DNA of 49,185 bases, filler included, from Bipalium vagum (Eukaryota): the NCBI GenBank assembly GCA_037834085.1. It is 2 parts of 2 records of this genome, joined end to end, with 100 filler letters (N's around TTAATTAATTAA, not from the genome) between each part and the next. Parts side by side here need not be neighbours in the genome. Positions count along the whole stretch, not along the records: positions 1 to 28,997 come from JBBMKC010039670.1; 1 more part is not named here. One strand, 5' to 3'. Numbering within the stretch: the stretch's first letter is position 1; the number at the start of each line of letters is the position of its first letter. The notes beneath the pieces are model-generated. The model saw only the letters and a program-made list of their open reading frames with translations. It searched no databases and had not been told where the DNA came from. This document shows positions 13,600 through 26,941 of this stretch, piece after piece. The position numbers and the translations under genes are program-made.

Positions 13600-14021
13600 A
13601 TTTAATTCCGCAACAATATCTTGTGTTGTGATATTGCGATTTGCTTCTACCAATTCAAAAATTATTCATTTTAAGCCTTATCGTGTTTTCTGTTACGTGC
13701 CACGTCTTCAAAATCGAAATTATCAGAACTAGTTTTGGTATTGGCATATTTTAAGTACATCTTTTCCATACATGGTACACAATGCATTACTTGTTCGCGT
13801 TTGATTTTTACGTTCTTGGTAATAAAAGAAAATGCGTCTGAAATGTATTTTTGTCACCATTCATATCAAATCTCCAATCAAAAAAGCGAAATATAAACGA
13901 AAATATGAAATAAGCCGTACCTCTAAATATCAATTGATAAAATGTGAATTGAAATTATAATTTTAAATGATATCAAAAACCTCAAAATTGAAAGGAAACA
14001 TCTTATTGAAAAAACCTTATT
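13600..14021 (-). mobile_element. Degenerate mariner 5' fragment
   Basis: Minus strand MVTKIHFRRIFFYYQERKNQTRTSNALCTMYGKDVLKICQYQN*...NFDFEDVAR is a mariner HTH. TIR-like aataaggttttttcaataagatg at about 14020. Confidence 0.75.
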
Positions 14022-14084
14022 GGACAACAGTGGAGCATATTTTGTTAGAAGTTTATAATTTATATCATTATTTGATGTCACATT

Positions 14085-15360
14085 TAATATTGTTCTTGAC
14101 TAATTTCATTTAATTGTCGTTTTACATAATCTTCCTTCACATTCAAGGGAATAGTCCACTCTGAATCATTCTGAGAACATTGCTGTTCCACTTTTGTAAT
14201 ATCACTTGTGAGAAAAGAATAATCATGAGTTTTTGAATTCTGTCAATTCTTGATTTCTTGCTAAAACTTTATTTTTGTTAACTGCCATTTAGAAAAGCAT
14301 CTAAATAATTAAATATACCTGAAAAATGTTCCAACGTCAAAATTAAAGCCTTTAGCGAGAATAGAAGATGGAAGAGGAAGACTTGTAATTTCAATAAATC
14401 TAGGTAGCAGAAAATAAATATCAGAAATATCTTAATGCAGAAAATAAATTCAATTTCATATGAATATTTTTTCCTTAATGACGTCATTCAACGTAGACGT
14501 CATTCAAAAAACATAAATGACAGTCGTCATTAACACCGGCACATATGAGGAGAAAATAGTATAAATACCCATGGAGAAATCATAAAATTTGCCTTTAAAA
14601 AATTGACATTTAGTTTATTATGACCAAAAAATAATTTATTATAACTATAAAACAAAAACAAAAGAGTTTATCAAAACTCAGTTGAAATAAATTGTAAGTG
14701 AATTATTATTAAAATTATTAAGCAGACCTATTAAACATTATTAATATTATTTCTCGTTCCTGTCTTTATAAATTAAGTTTATTCTCTTCTTTTTGTTTTT
14801 ATTTCTGGCAATTGTGGTTTGATAAATTAGTTATCAGATTCGATATTTTTTCTTCAGGGCGTCTGCACATTTTCTTGTGTGGATTGAACTCTTCTTAATT
14901 AAGAATAGTCATTTTGATACTTGATCTTTTGAATAAAAAGTGTGAAAGTTTATTGAAAAATCTTGTAAAAATTCTGTAACATAAAAAATAAGTTTCTAAA
15001 AATATGTCTTTGCTCATTATGATTAGTACACTTTACCTTTATAACCTAGGAGTGGATTTATCCAACGTTCATCAAAAACTTAACAGATTTTAACGAATAA
15101 ATGTATTTATTGTGTCTAAATTAATAATTCATATATTTTGTCCACACTAAGAGGACAAAAATAGAATTTATTAATATTAATTCAAATTATCTCATAACAG
15201 GACACCATTTTTATTGAAATGATTTAATTTTTTTGGATGACTCACCTCAAAGGACCTGTAAGATTAATTTCGTCAGTTTTCTGGCCAATAAATCTGATTA
15301 AAATTTTAATTTTGAGTACATGTGGGTCTCATGGAGTTCGAATACTTTTGAACTCGCCAT
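14085..15360 (-). pseudogene. Decayed multi-exon gene or spliced non-coding transcript of unknown identity
   Basis: Series of GT-AG-bounded, relatively GC-richer blocks (15360-15320, 15293-15246, 15115-15037, from 14973, 14399-14319, from 14260). Begins MASSKVFELHETHIFIGQKTDEINLTGPLR but later blocks contain stops/frameshifts. Confidence 0.4.
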
Positions 15361-15876
15361 TCAAAATTAACTTTCAGTTCAGAGATCCATTTTTAAGACA
15401 CTAATCGTTAAGATTATTTGATTTTGTTATTTTACATTTTTTCTCTAATTATTTACCATTGGTTATTGCATATTTTGAATATTTGAAAAATTTATATTAA
15501 TTATTAATTAATGTTTTCATTAATTATTTAATGATTGGTTATGTTTTATTTGTTAGTTAAGAAAAGTAGTTTACTTATTTGATATTTTAAACCGTCTATT
15601 TAAACCTTGTTTGACCTATGTATTACTATGTTGACTCTAGTTGATTACTTTTAGAAATTAAGCATTTTTAGTGGCTTGTTACATTAATAAGAGTTTTTGT
15701 CTTTCTTTTTTGATTATTATTATTAGAAAAAGAAATTTAACCATTAGTGAAATGGTCAGATAGAGTTAGGTTTTTTCATTGTATTGGGTTTTTGGAGCAA
15801 CAATAATGATTTTTAAATAATAATAACAATAATTTTTATAATAATAAGAATAATAATATTTTTTAAAAATAATTTT

Positions 15877-16615
15877 TGTCATTTTCCTAATGACAGAATC
15901 CTGACGTGGGGATTATATATTTTTGATCAGGCTAATGGATTTCTTGTCAGAAATCCATTAGCCTCGACAGAAGAGAGACTGTCTCGGCATGGAGATAGTG
16001 AAGGGCTATTGGGATCAATCTCGTAGATCAATCTCTACGCCACCGATAGCCAGAAAGTATCCAGAAGTATCAAAAGTATTCAGAAATTATCAGAAGTATC
16101 AGAAGTATCCAGAAGTATCCAGAAAGTATCCAGATTCAGTACGTCAATTCCAAAATAATTATGCAGCCGGATTTATTCGCAGTTATGCCTTCGGATTTTT
16201 GCAAGGGGACCCAGCGAGCTTGGGAACTCATAGGCGACCTGAGAAGGGCCTAGAAGGTGACCCGGGGAGCCCTTGTCGCTTTTGGTGAGACCAATTTATT
16301 TTTGTTTCATTTCTTCAATTTTATTATTAATTCGTTATTATTATTATTATTGTTATTTAATTAAATTTCAGTATTAACGGGATTTTCGTTGACTCTTACT
16401 AACGCTTATCTTTATGTGATTTGAATCAATGCACCCCTTGTAATTGTTGTATTAGTATAAATAAAATTTTATTTTAAATATTTCGAATTGGTTAATAAGG
16501 GAGCGGTTACTATATAGTGGAGGGTGTTTTACATTCAAAGGAGTTGAGAGGGATTTCGAAAACAACGAGTTACACAAAGTGAGGAGTCACGAGCAGACGA
16601 GCACACGTTGCTACA
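15877..16615 (+). mobile_element. Probable solo LTR (boundaries approximate)
   Basis: GC-richer island starting TG and ending GTTGCTACA, flanked by TTTT on both sides. Contains short tandem repeats (agaagtatcc), a 16-bp hairpin and an AATAAA at about 16460. No coding homology recognised. Confidence 0.55.
16051..16135 (+). repeat. Imperfect 9-11 bp tandem repeat (CAGAAGTATC)
   Basis: About 8 copies of cagaa(a)gtatc variants. Confidence 0.85.
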
Positions 16616-17196
16616 TTTTAGTATAATAGTAACAATTGATTGTCTTAACGAGATTATATATTATATATTAAAGACTTATTAAAACATGGGGAAAGGCTTT
16701 AGAGACTTAGATAGATCAATTTAAAATAAAATAGGAAATGCTTTCTTATAAAAGAATTTTTTAAAAACTTATTAAAACTATTAGAAAATTTTCAATTGTT
16801 AAAATTATCTTTTTGAACTTAATTTTCATTTATTAATTGTCTTAAACAACAAGTTTAAAACACTAAGTTATGAGAATCCACAATGTTTTAATGTTTGCCG
16901 TCGTATATTTTTTCATTATCATTTTTTGATCTATATGATCTATTAATGTTATCTCCAGTATATCAATTTAAGTGAATTTATTTGTAAATTTAAAAAGTAT
17001 ATTTCGAAACTTTTTAATATGCTAATTTTTAAAAACTATTTTTTTCCATACATCCTATTATGAAAAAATAATATTTATTTAATTGAAGTTCACATTTTTT
17101 TCAGATATCTAAATGTTTTAATAATGTAAATGTACATATAACATTTTAAAATTTGTAATATCATATTTGATTCGTATAATATATATAATCTTTAAA

Positions 17197-20100
17197 ATGT
17201 CAGATGTCTCTTCAGATAATTTTGATGTTTTATCTGATGACATATTGATTGAGGAAGTTGGAGGTTATAATGTACTTTAATAAAGTATTTAGATAATTTA
17301 TTTCTTTGCCAAGATCACATACAAGCTAATCTTCAAGATGAAATAGTTCGTGAAGCTCTTAAATCAGTTTTAAATATAATTTTTTATTGTTTATATGATT
17401 AATAAGAACTCAGGGTGTTGATTTGCGTGAATATTCGGAAAAAATAAAACAAGAATTAATTGAAGCCGAAAATCTTTCTATTGATGATTGTTTTTAATTA
17501 ATTTGTTTTATAAAATTATTGTTAACTTTCAGATGTAAAGTCGAGAGATAAAGTTATTGAGTTGCATAAACAGATTGTTTCTTCGGATGCAATTTTGAAA
17601 GTTTTCTCTATTAACATATTGATTAATCCAATCTTATAAATAGAGAATGGAAGATATTTTATTCAATTTTCACAAAGATCTTGGCTCAATCAGTACTGAT
17701 ATTCAATCTTTGCAGAAAAAATCTCTTAATATGCACCAGTGCTTGCAGAATCGCCAGGTTAAAATCTTTTTAAAGCTTTATAATTTTAATAAATGCAAAT
17801 AAGATTAATAATTAATTTTTCAAAAGTCCTGTAATTCTCTAATGTAAAGAATAAAGCCAAAATTTCAATTATTATATAAAAAGTAATTTATTTAGTTGAA
17901 TTGGAGTTTCTATCAATTTGAACTCATTTTGTTGATTATAACTATAATTTTCATTATTTTGCAAATTAATATTATTATTTTGTACTTAATTAATTAATTT
18001 ATATTAGTTATAATTAAGTTTTATGATTTTATTTCACAGTAGTAAGAAAATAAAATTTTTTGAAACCTGGCTTTAAGTACTCATTTATTATCAGAATTAC
18101 TTTCGGCACGTGTGATAATATTGAAACAATAATCAAAAACTTATTCTTGATCCATTCTTTAAATTTCCTTTCGTTTGTTTTGGTTCTTAGAGACTATTTT
18201 ATAATATTTTAATAAATAATTTTTTATGGAGAATTCATTTTTATCATAAATATACTTTCATTTCCCACAATTATTGTTTTTTATACATTCCTGGACTTAT
18301 TACAAATTTTTCTCATACAGAATAACGGCGAATATCAAAGTTTTATGTACAGAGCCATATGAAATATGTACATTATTCAGTAAGGGGAAAGTTAATGAAC
18401 AGAAATATTTTTTAATTTATGTATTGATTATTTTTAACTCTAGAAAATACGTTTTTATCGATTCAATACCAGAATTCTGTAATGTTTTAGATAGTTCGAG
18501 GTGAATTGTGTCAATTCATGGCCGAAATGGTGGTTCCCGAACAAATGATCAGGTATTAGCTGTTGTTATTTTTCGAATAAAACAACATAATTTGTCACTT
18601 GAATAATGATGATTTTTAGTCATATCATCGATACGCCTGTCACTGAACGTCACTTTCTTGAACAGTTGCACGAATTGGATCATAAATTAAAATTTGTTAA
18701 GGAACAATCGTTTAAAGATGCAAGATCTGCTCGTGACGTCTCTGATATTCTCGAACAGTTAAAGATAAAGGTTTCAATTTTTTTTTGAATTATTGATTAT
18801 CTAATAATAACAGTGTTACTATTTTTAATTGATTGATAAAATCGAAAGTATAAATCAATATATTCGTTATCAAATTTTCATTGGAACTTGGCTTGATAAA
18901 ATTTTCCAAATTATTGAAATTTTCAGAGAATTTCTCAATAAATGTAAAATTTACCAATATCGAACTTTATCATTTTTAAAATAAGATTGTTATTGTAAAA
19001 GAAATATTCTCAGACTCTAAGGCGTAAAAGAAAACCAAACTAAAATGTAATGTTTATGAAAAAAGAAGGCGTGTTTGAGATTTTGTGAAGTTGAGAACTT
19101 CTTACCATAAAAAATTACATTTTAAATCAATAAAGATATTTTTTAATATTAAATTTCCTTAATTCTTTTTTCCAATTAAAAAATTTTAAAATTACTTATT
19201 TATAGGTTTTATTGCTATTTGGTTTTCAATCAATTTAATGGAAATTAAATTAAAAAAAATTAACTGTGAGATAAATAAGTTTAACCAAAAAAAGTCTTGA
19301 GATAGGATGTTTTATTAATGAGAGAAAACCAATAGATTTCAACAGAAGAAAAAATTCATCTAACGATTACACGAGAGCAAAAATAAGTCCTTATCAACAG
19401 CATTATGGCAGGTACATAATTTCTAATGATGAATATGAAGAATTGCTTGAATCAGTAGTGATGCTTAAGAAGTGACTGAGTACTCCCAGTAAAAGGATTA
19501 GCAAAATACGTACAAGGATATCAGAAAAATATCTGATAATGCAGGAAAATCCTTCAAATTGATTTTTGAAAACTTAACATTAAGAAATTATTTTAACTGG
19601 TTAATGGTACTTTGGTAGATTTTCATTATTCATTTAAATAATTATAACAAATGACTGAAACAATAAAGATAATGAAGAAACAAGATTTCTTATAATTGCA
19701 AAAGTTGTAATTGCATGCAAGAATAAAATAGACGACCTAGAGTAATCTGAAATTTTATATTTTAACTTCCTCAAAGAAGATTAGCCATTACTTCAAAAAT
19801 ATCTTTTTATCGATTTTTTCGTGAAAATTTTAAATCTCACTACGCAAGCATAATTACGATGATTATTTATGCTTATTGACTTTAATGAAGTAAATTAAGG
19901 ATAATACCATGTTTTAAGAGAAAAGTCCATGTAAAGTAAAATTAGTTGATTGGTTTATTTAGCTAAATTTTATTAAATTAAACTGAAAGTACAAAACCGT
20001 ACAATTAGTTTTACGATTTTTATATTGTTCCAATTTTAAAATTTAGATATTATTTGTCACTTCTTAGTTTAACTAAACTTGTATGAATGTTATCCTTGAA

Positions 20101-23100
20101 CAATGTTTAGTGTGAATTTTAATTTAATTAACAAATTATTGATTAATAGTTTTTCAGTTTATTTTTTTAAAAGATTAATAATTTATCAGAAGAAAGAGTA
20201 CAGGCTTTTAAACTAATGTTTTCTTATTAAAATTTTCATTGAAGTTCAATTTTATTTTATTTTACTCAAACAATGTTATTTAACGATTAATATTTAAAAT
20301 CAATAGATAAAATTCAAAACCAAAAATACTTAGAAATTATTTTTAATGAATTGAATTTTACGTTTCGAATTTTTTATCATTTCTTCATCAATCAGTATCA
20401 TTTATCATTGATTAAAATAATCAATAAAAATAGTTAATTTGAAAATATTGTGAATCATTTGATTTTTACATTTTTATAGTAATCTCTGCCTTTTTAATTC
20501 ATAATTTTTATCAAAAAATTTCTTAATCACTCTCAATTCTTAGCATCAACTTTTTAATTTCATAATTCTGGAAATTATTTTTTAAATTTCATATGAACAA
20601 TCAATGAAGAATTTAAATCCTTTATTAAAAGAAGTAAAATTATAATTCTTTAAATTTTTAATAATTAGCTGGAGTTGAAAAAGAAACCATGTAACATGTT
20701 ATAAGATCAATAATAATAAATATGAATTCTACAACTTTATGTTAACTTTCTAAGTCTTGAATAAGATTTTTTCCAGGCAATTATGAAAATTCGTGAATAT
20801 TTACTAAAGAAAATTTATGCATTTCGAAAACCAATGACGAATTTTCAAGTTCCCCAAGATATGATGTTAAAATACAGGTTATTATTATTAGTATTTTTAT
20901 TTATTACTTGCACAGTTTATATTTTTCTTGTACTGCTCAATTAATATTCGTATTTTTAAATATTATCAGAAATGTTTCAAATCTTTATTAAGACTAAAAA
21001 AATTATGAAATTGAAAAATAACTAGAATGACATTAAAAAGATCATTCATTTTCAACAAAATAAGTTTTTTTTTATTAAATAAATATTGATTAATTGATAT
21101 TGATAATTAATTTCGAAATTTTTTGAGTAATATCGAATTTATTATTATAATCTTGAACGTTAAAAGAAAGACTTCAGTTTTCTATTCTTTAACCTCTAAT
21201 ATTAATTTTCCTTGACAGTCACAGATATTCTTAATTTTGCTTATTATTTTGATTTCAAAGATCCCGATGATTGATTTGTATTGTAAAATTTTAAAACTAA
21301 TTTAAAATATTTGAATTTTTTCGTATTCAATGTTGATTTATATTTAACATAATAAATAAGAGTTAAAAATATGGTTTTTGTGTATATTTTCACATTTTCA
21401 TGCTAAGTACACACGTTTACATTATTATTGATTTCTTTGGATTTAAACTGAAATTAGTTAAAGTTAACCTTACTGTTTTTACCGCCTCATGTATTGTATT
21501 CCGCCTTGTCATATATTTTAAGCTAGTTTGCTAATGCTTATTTGATATTCTACCATCACATGAATTATTGGAACATTTCTTGTGCAAAGGGATTCTTAGC
21601 AATTTTACATTTCTTTCATTTATTTCATCTTTCTTTTATGCTATTTTTTTATTTTTTGCACTTATTCGTATTTCATGTAAAAATTCTATATTAAATGAAA
21701 AATTGAAAGTAACAAATGTAATTATCTGTTCTAATGATTAAATAAGCTTTTTCAAATCAGATTCTTCAATGAGTTTTTGGTGTCGAACGATCGATCTGTA
21801 TCCAACGAAATCAGCAAAGAATATGTTGATACTACCAGTAAAATCCATTATTCATATTTCAAAGCTTACATAACAAAGCTGACCAAACTCCAAGTAAGAC
21901 TTATTTTATTTTCACCAATTTCCTCTTTTGATTTTGTGAAACTGTGCTGGTACATTATAATGATATTTTGTTCCAAAAATTTTGCTTTGTAAAGATGTCA
22001 CTATCGAATTTTAATAAATATCAATCAGTTTTTTAAGACTTGTTTGATTTCCACGAACTTTTGATTGCAACTATCAGATGGAAAAAAAGTTTGTAGAAAT
22101 TTTAGGTTTTCAATTATTTACCAGATTTATAAATTCATAAATCTTTAACATTTTAAAATGTTGTTTTATAAATATTATTATAAAATTCACTTTCTAAATT
22201 AATTTTTCACCCACACATAAATATTTGTATTTTTACTTTTTCTATAAATCAACATTATTTAAAACTGTTTTTACGATTTTGTTGAAACATGTGATAAATA
22301 ATAACAAATAATTATTAATCAAAAATAAAATTACAAAATATGAGTTGAAACACATGTTTTAAAATATTTTGTCTTTTTTTCTATATGCAATATTTTTGTG
22401 TACAGAACAATATTTTTACAGTTGTAGACTCATAAAGTAATCAATATTATATTTTAGTGGAAATTGATTCCACTACTATTTATGAATATTTAAATTTTAA
22501 TCCAAAGAAAGACAAAAAACTGAAAGTTTGATTGATTATTATTTTCTAAAGTTATAGAATTCATTATTTATTATTGATGTATTAGATCTAATATTATAAT
22601 TTTCAATTTCATTCTGAAAAGGTTTCTCCATCATAACATTTTTTTCAATTTTATTTAATTTTTATTAGATAAAATTATTCAGATTTTATTTTATTGATTT
22701 TTAATTTTTATAAACTTTAAATTAAGTTATTCGATAAATTATAGTAGTTTTTTGATTTTGATTGAGAAGTGAAAATTGGGTTCGTTTAATCCTGATAATT
22801 AAATAAACACTGGAATTTTCTTTGTATTCACAAAATTCTTTAAATATAACTTTCTATGGGTCGCATTGATTATTATCAAATAATATTATATCACTTAAGA
22901 TCAATTTTTGAAATCTAATTTCAAAAATTGTATTGCCGCAAAAGTCATGACTTTTTCATTATTATCATTTTTCACACTAACATGTTCCATTTGTAATATC
23001 AGTTTGATCGAAATGTCGATAAAGAAGATTTTTTGGGAAAAGAGGAATTTAATAGTTTTCGACGTAACAATAACCCAAGCGGATCGATATTTCTACAGTC

Positions 23101-26100
23101 ATCATTGTCATCGAATTTGAAAAATAAGTCAACTGTTTTTTCTTTGGCCCAACGGGATTCAATTCTGTCTATTAGTGCTCTTGAAGCTCCTATTATTCTT
23201 CCACACACAGTAATAGCAAATCAAAAATCCGACGGAAAAGTAATTTCGAAATTTATTGATTTATTGATTTTTTATTATTTTTTTTATTAGTTTTAGAATA
23301 TTTGATTATTTGTATTCAATTTTATATAAAAAACGAACATTATATCAATATAATTATTCAATTTAAATTTTACCTAATTATAAATAATATTTTTTTTTAA
23401 ATTTTAAAAGAAAAATAATTTTGTATTTTAAATTTAAGATTGAAAATGTTTATTCTCATCTTAAAAACAATTAAATGATAATAGTAATAATAATAAAAAT
23501 TATTATAATACTAATAATAAGTTCTATTTCTTTAATACAGATTTTTATGGTATATTTCAGCCAAATCATTATAGATTTTAATGCATGGCTTATTATTTTA
23601 ATTACAAATAGCTTGTATCTTTTGTACAATATTTAAATTTTTATTTTTTTCGTCTATATACATGTATAATTTGCGCCATTTTAAATAGTCGATAGTCAAA
23701 ACTGTTGATATATAAACGATGATTATCGAATAAATAATTAAACATCATTTTCAATAATACCCTTAAAAATGTCACTTAATTTTTTTATCAATTGGCATTT
23801 TTTTTCATTATTGTTAATTTCATTAGCTTTTTGGTATTGGAAAGTTATTTTTTCAGTCTACTCGAAAGTGATTAAGTTGGTGTAAATATAATTTTAGATT
23901 GGTGCTATTACGAAGGTAAACCTTTTCTCAACTTTATTTTGTGCTTCGCTTGAATCGTTTGCCATTTCATGAGTTTGATTTTATTGGTCCGCAAATTTTA
24001 GGAACTCTTTTCATTATTTTTAGTAAATTAAAATATTATTTATTTCAATTGATTATATCATTTTGGTTTATGGAAAAAAAATTATGCCAGAAAATTTTGA
24101 TTGAATTAAGTGAATTTATTAATTTTTTACTTGATTAAGCCTTGAAATATTTTATTAAGTTATTCCAAAACACTAAGTCATTTGAAATCTTGAGTAAAAT
24201 TACGTAGAAAGAAAATATATTGTAATTTTTAATTATTTTATTAAATAAATTTATTTATTTAAAAAAATTTTGTTCCGAAATAAATTTATAATTTTGAAAA
24301 AATTACTGCATGTTCTCTTTGATCTTAAATATTTTTAAAAAATTTTATTGATCATTTAGAATTATTATTAATCAAATTTTTCAAGAAATCGAATTCCAAC
24401 AATAATAAAGAGTTTTAAGATTATCTTATTTTTATCCATTTATATATTTGTAAGCTTGAAATACTTTTTGTATGTTTATTTTGTTTTAATATTAATAAAT
24501 TAGATTTTATACTTCTAATATTTCAATTTTAATATTCTTTAGGAATATTGACCATAAATCTAGGCCATCTTTGATAAAATTCAAAATTCTGAATTGAAAT
24601 AAATATTTAAATTTCTTTTCGGTATCTAATTATTTTTATAAGATTATACTACTATTACTACTACTAATTATTATATTATTAATATTATGATAAATATTAT
24701 CTAAAACTTCTTATTGTGATCTAAAAACTTAAAAAATCAATCAATAATTTCTTTAAATGAGGCATTAGTAAATTTTGCATGATCACCATAAAATTCTCGT
24801 TTTCTGAACATTATTTATCCTACTCTTTCTAAAGAAATGAATCTTATTAAAAATTTATTAATATTATCTTGATATTATTTTTTCCAGGATTTCTATCAGC
24901 AGGGTAAATTGATGTTTTTTAATATCCAAGTATTATTCTATGTACTCTGAATATTTGTCTGTCTAAATATAGTGAAAAATATTTAAAATTGAATGAAACT
25001 CAAATAATTAAAATTATATTTTTAATAACATGTCTTATCTTTTTATTTCTTTTTTTTAAAAAGAGAAGAAATCTCAAGATAGATAGATTTATTTATTAGA
25101 TTTCGTGACTAGAGAGATATTTGTCTCTTTCATGCCTAAGTTACTAATACAGTGAAACCTGTCAAAACTGGAATGGAAAGAGACCATAAAAATTATTTTT
25201 CCACCTTAGACAAATTTCCAGGATATACAGTTACATAATACTTTCGACTTTTTTATTAAAAAAAATAAAGATATCAGAATAATGAAGTAAATGTTTATGT
25301 ATGAACAAAGAAGCCCTGAAGTTTTGTTTGCCGTTTTATTACTGATTTTTTCGGCAAATCATAGTAGATTTGAAGATGCCATTTTTCCATTTATCCAGCA
25401 TACAATAGTTATCATTTAATGTTGCGTAAAGCCTTTAGCATTTTGAAAGACGAAATTTCTTTTTTAATGGTAAATTCTTCTAGAGGAATGAAATGTTCAA
25501 TATATACAGTGTAACTTTCTGTAAAGACATGACTATCAATACCTACAAAATCAGCAGCTTCTAACAGATTCGAAAAATGACTATTCAATAATTAACGAAT
25601 AGATAGCTTTTTCTTTTAATATAACACCATTTACTTCTTCGTTTTTCGGTGTCGCAGCACAAAACCAATTAAAAACAATTTCATTTAATAATTCATGAAC
25701 TGCTTTTCATAATTGTTTCTTATTCATTCAAATTCTAATCGACACTTAATTATCATCATTTCCTTGTTTTTAATGTAATCATTTATTTTGGTTTTGTCGA
25801 ATTTAAACATTTTCGCATCTTCACTAACCTACTGTTCATTTCAAACCATATTGATCGCTTCACTACCGGGTATCAGGGTTTTTCTGGCTTCGAAATATGT
25901 TTTATGTAAATTATCTTTAAGAGATTTAGAAAAACTCGGATTTCCAGTAAACACAAAATTTCCTTCTAAACAAGTTATAGGTTTGACAGGCTTCACTGTA
26001 TAATTAAACCGTACTTGAAATTGCGAGATGATTGGGTTTTTGGTTGTTTTATTACTGTTACTATAGTGTGAAACCTGTTATCACCGCTCACAGAAGTTCA

Positions 26101-26941
26101 TATTTGTCACACTAGTAATTTAATAAATTTTGAATTTATTTTTGATCTCTTTGCTTTTGATTTTCATATATATTTACATCACTTTCAGTTTACTTTTGAA
26201 ACATTGTTCCGATCGCAACATTATGCACTTCTTGATAATTGCTGTCGGGAATATCTGTTTCTGTGCGACTTTTTTATACTGTCTCCTCAAACTGGCCAAG
26301 AATTCTTCAATCAAGTGATGGGTAAAACTCTCAACATTTTCCAAAAACAAATGGAAACATCCATAACAACATGTTATGACACAATTGGTTTATTGATTTG
26401 TATTCGTATTGTACAGTGGTATAGAGATTTGTGTATTGAACGCGGTGTACCAGCTCTGGACAAGTAATTGTACTTATCACTCCTTTGCCAATCAAAACTG
26501 TTGCATTTCAGTTATTGGGGTCTGCTTCTCAATCTTCTTTGGCCCCGGTGGTTTGAATTGATGGATAATCATATCACATCTGTACGTCAGCATGCTACTT
26601 CTAGGCCATCCAATTCAAGTCACGCACAGTTTGATTTTAGACCCTATAGTGTTACTCGACAATATTCTGAGTTCTGTGCTGCTCTTCACACTATTCTAAG
26701 ACGTAAAATTGACACACCAGGTTCTACAGCAGGAATTGCAACAAATTCTCTAACAACTGTTGGTTCCGTGGACAGTGGAATGAAATCCCCAAATATTGAT
26801 GCAAAAGTTGCCAATAGATTATTAAAATTACAAGTGGAAGTCGAGCTTATGATAGTTAGACTGGTGGATTATTTTCCGAATCTTAAAGAAAAATTGACTT
26901 TCTACATTAACAATTATGATTTGATCATATCTGTTCTGACG
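17197..26941 (+). CDS. VPS52: Vacuolar protein sorting-associated protein 52 (GARP/EARP subunit), 5' part; 3' exons not in this contig
   Basis: Exons 17197-17263, 17314-17366, 17414-17489, 17533-17600, 17644-17757, 18491-18552, 18620-18770, 20777-20877, 21761-21893, 23003-23239, 26189-26463, 26512-26941 splice in phase. Conserved motifs HIQANLQDEIVREALKSGVDLREYS, DLGSISTDIQSLQ, FRKPMTNFQVPQ, LFRSQHYALLDNCCREYLF, VPALD.YW, YINNYDLIISVL. Confidence 0.95.
25150..25998 (-). mobile_element. Degenerate Tigger/pogo-like DNA transposon
   Basis: TIRs CAGTGAAACCTGTCAAAAC and GTTTGACAGGCTTCACTG with TA flanks. Minus-strand CENP-B-type HTH remnant INEIVFNWFCAATPKNEEVNGVILKEKAI. Confidence 0.85.

Noticed and set aside
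16051-16135. Short repeats considered as a CRISPR-like array
   Set aside because: Tandem with no spacers; eukaryotic context; no cas genes.
15989-16288. 99-aa ORF with KYPEVS repeats
   Set aside because: Periodicity comes from a 9-11 bp DNA repeat in the LTR-like island; no protein family recognised.
18980-19760. Coding-like stretch in a VPS52 intron
   Set aside because: Probably an old repeat, but no motif or termini could be identified.
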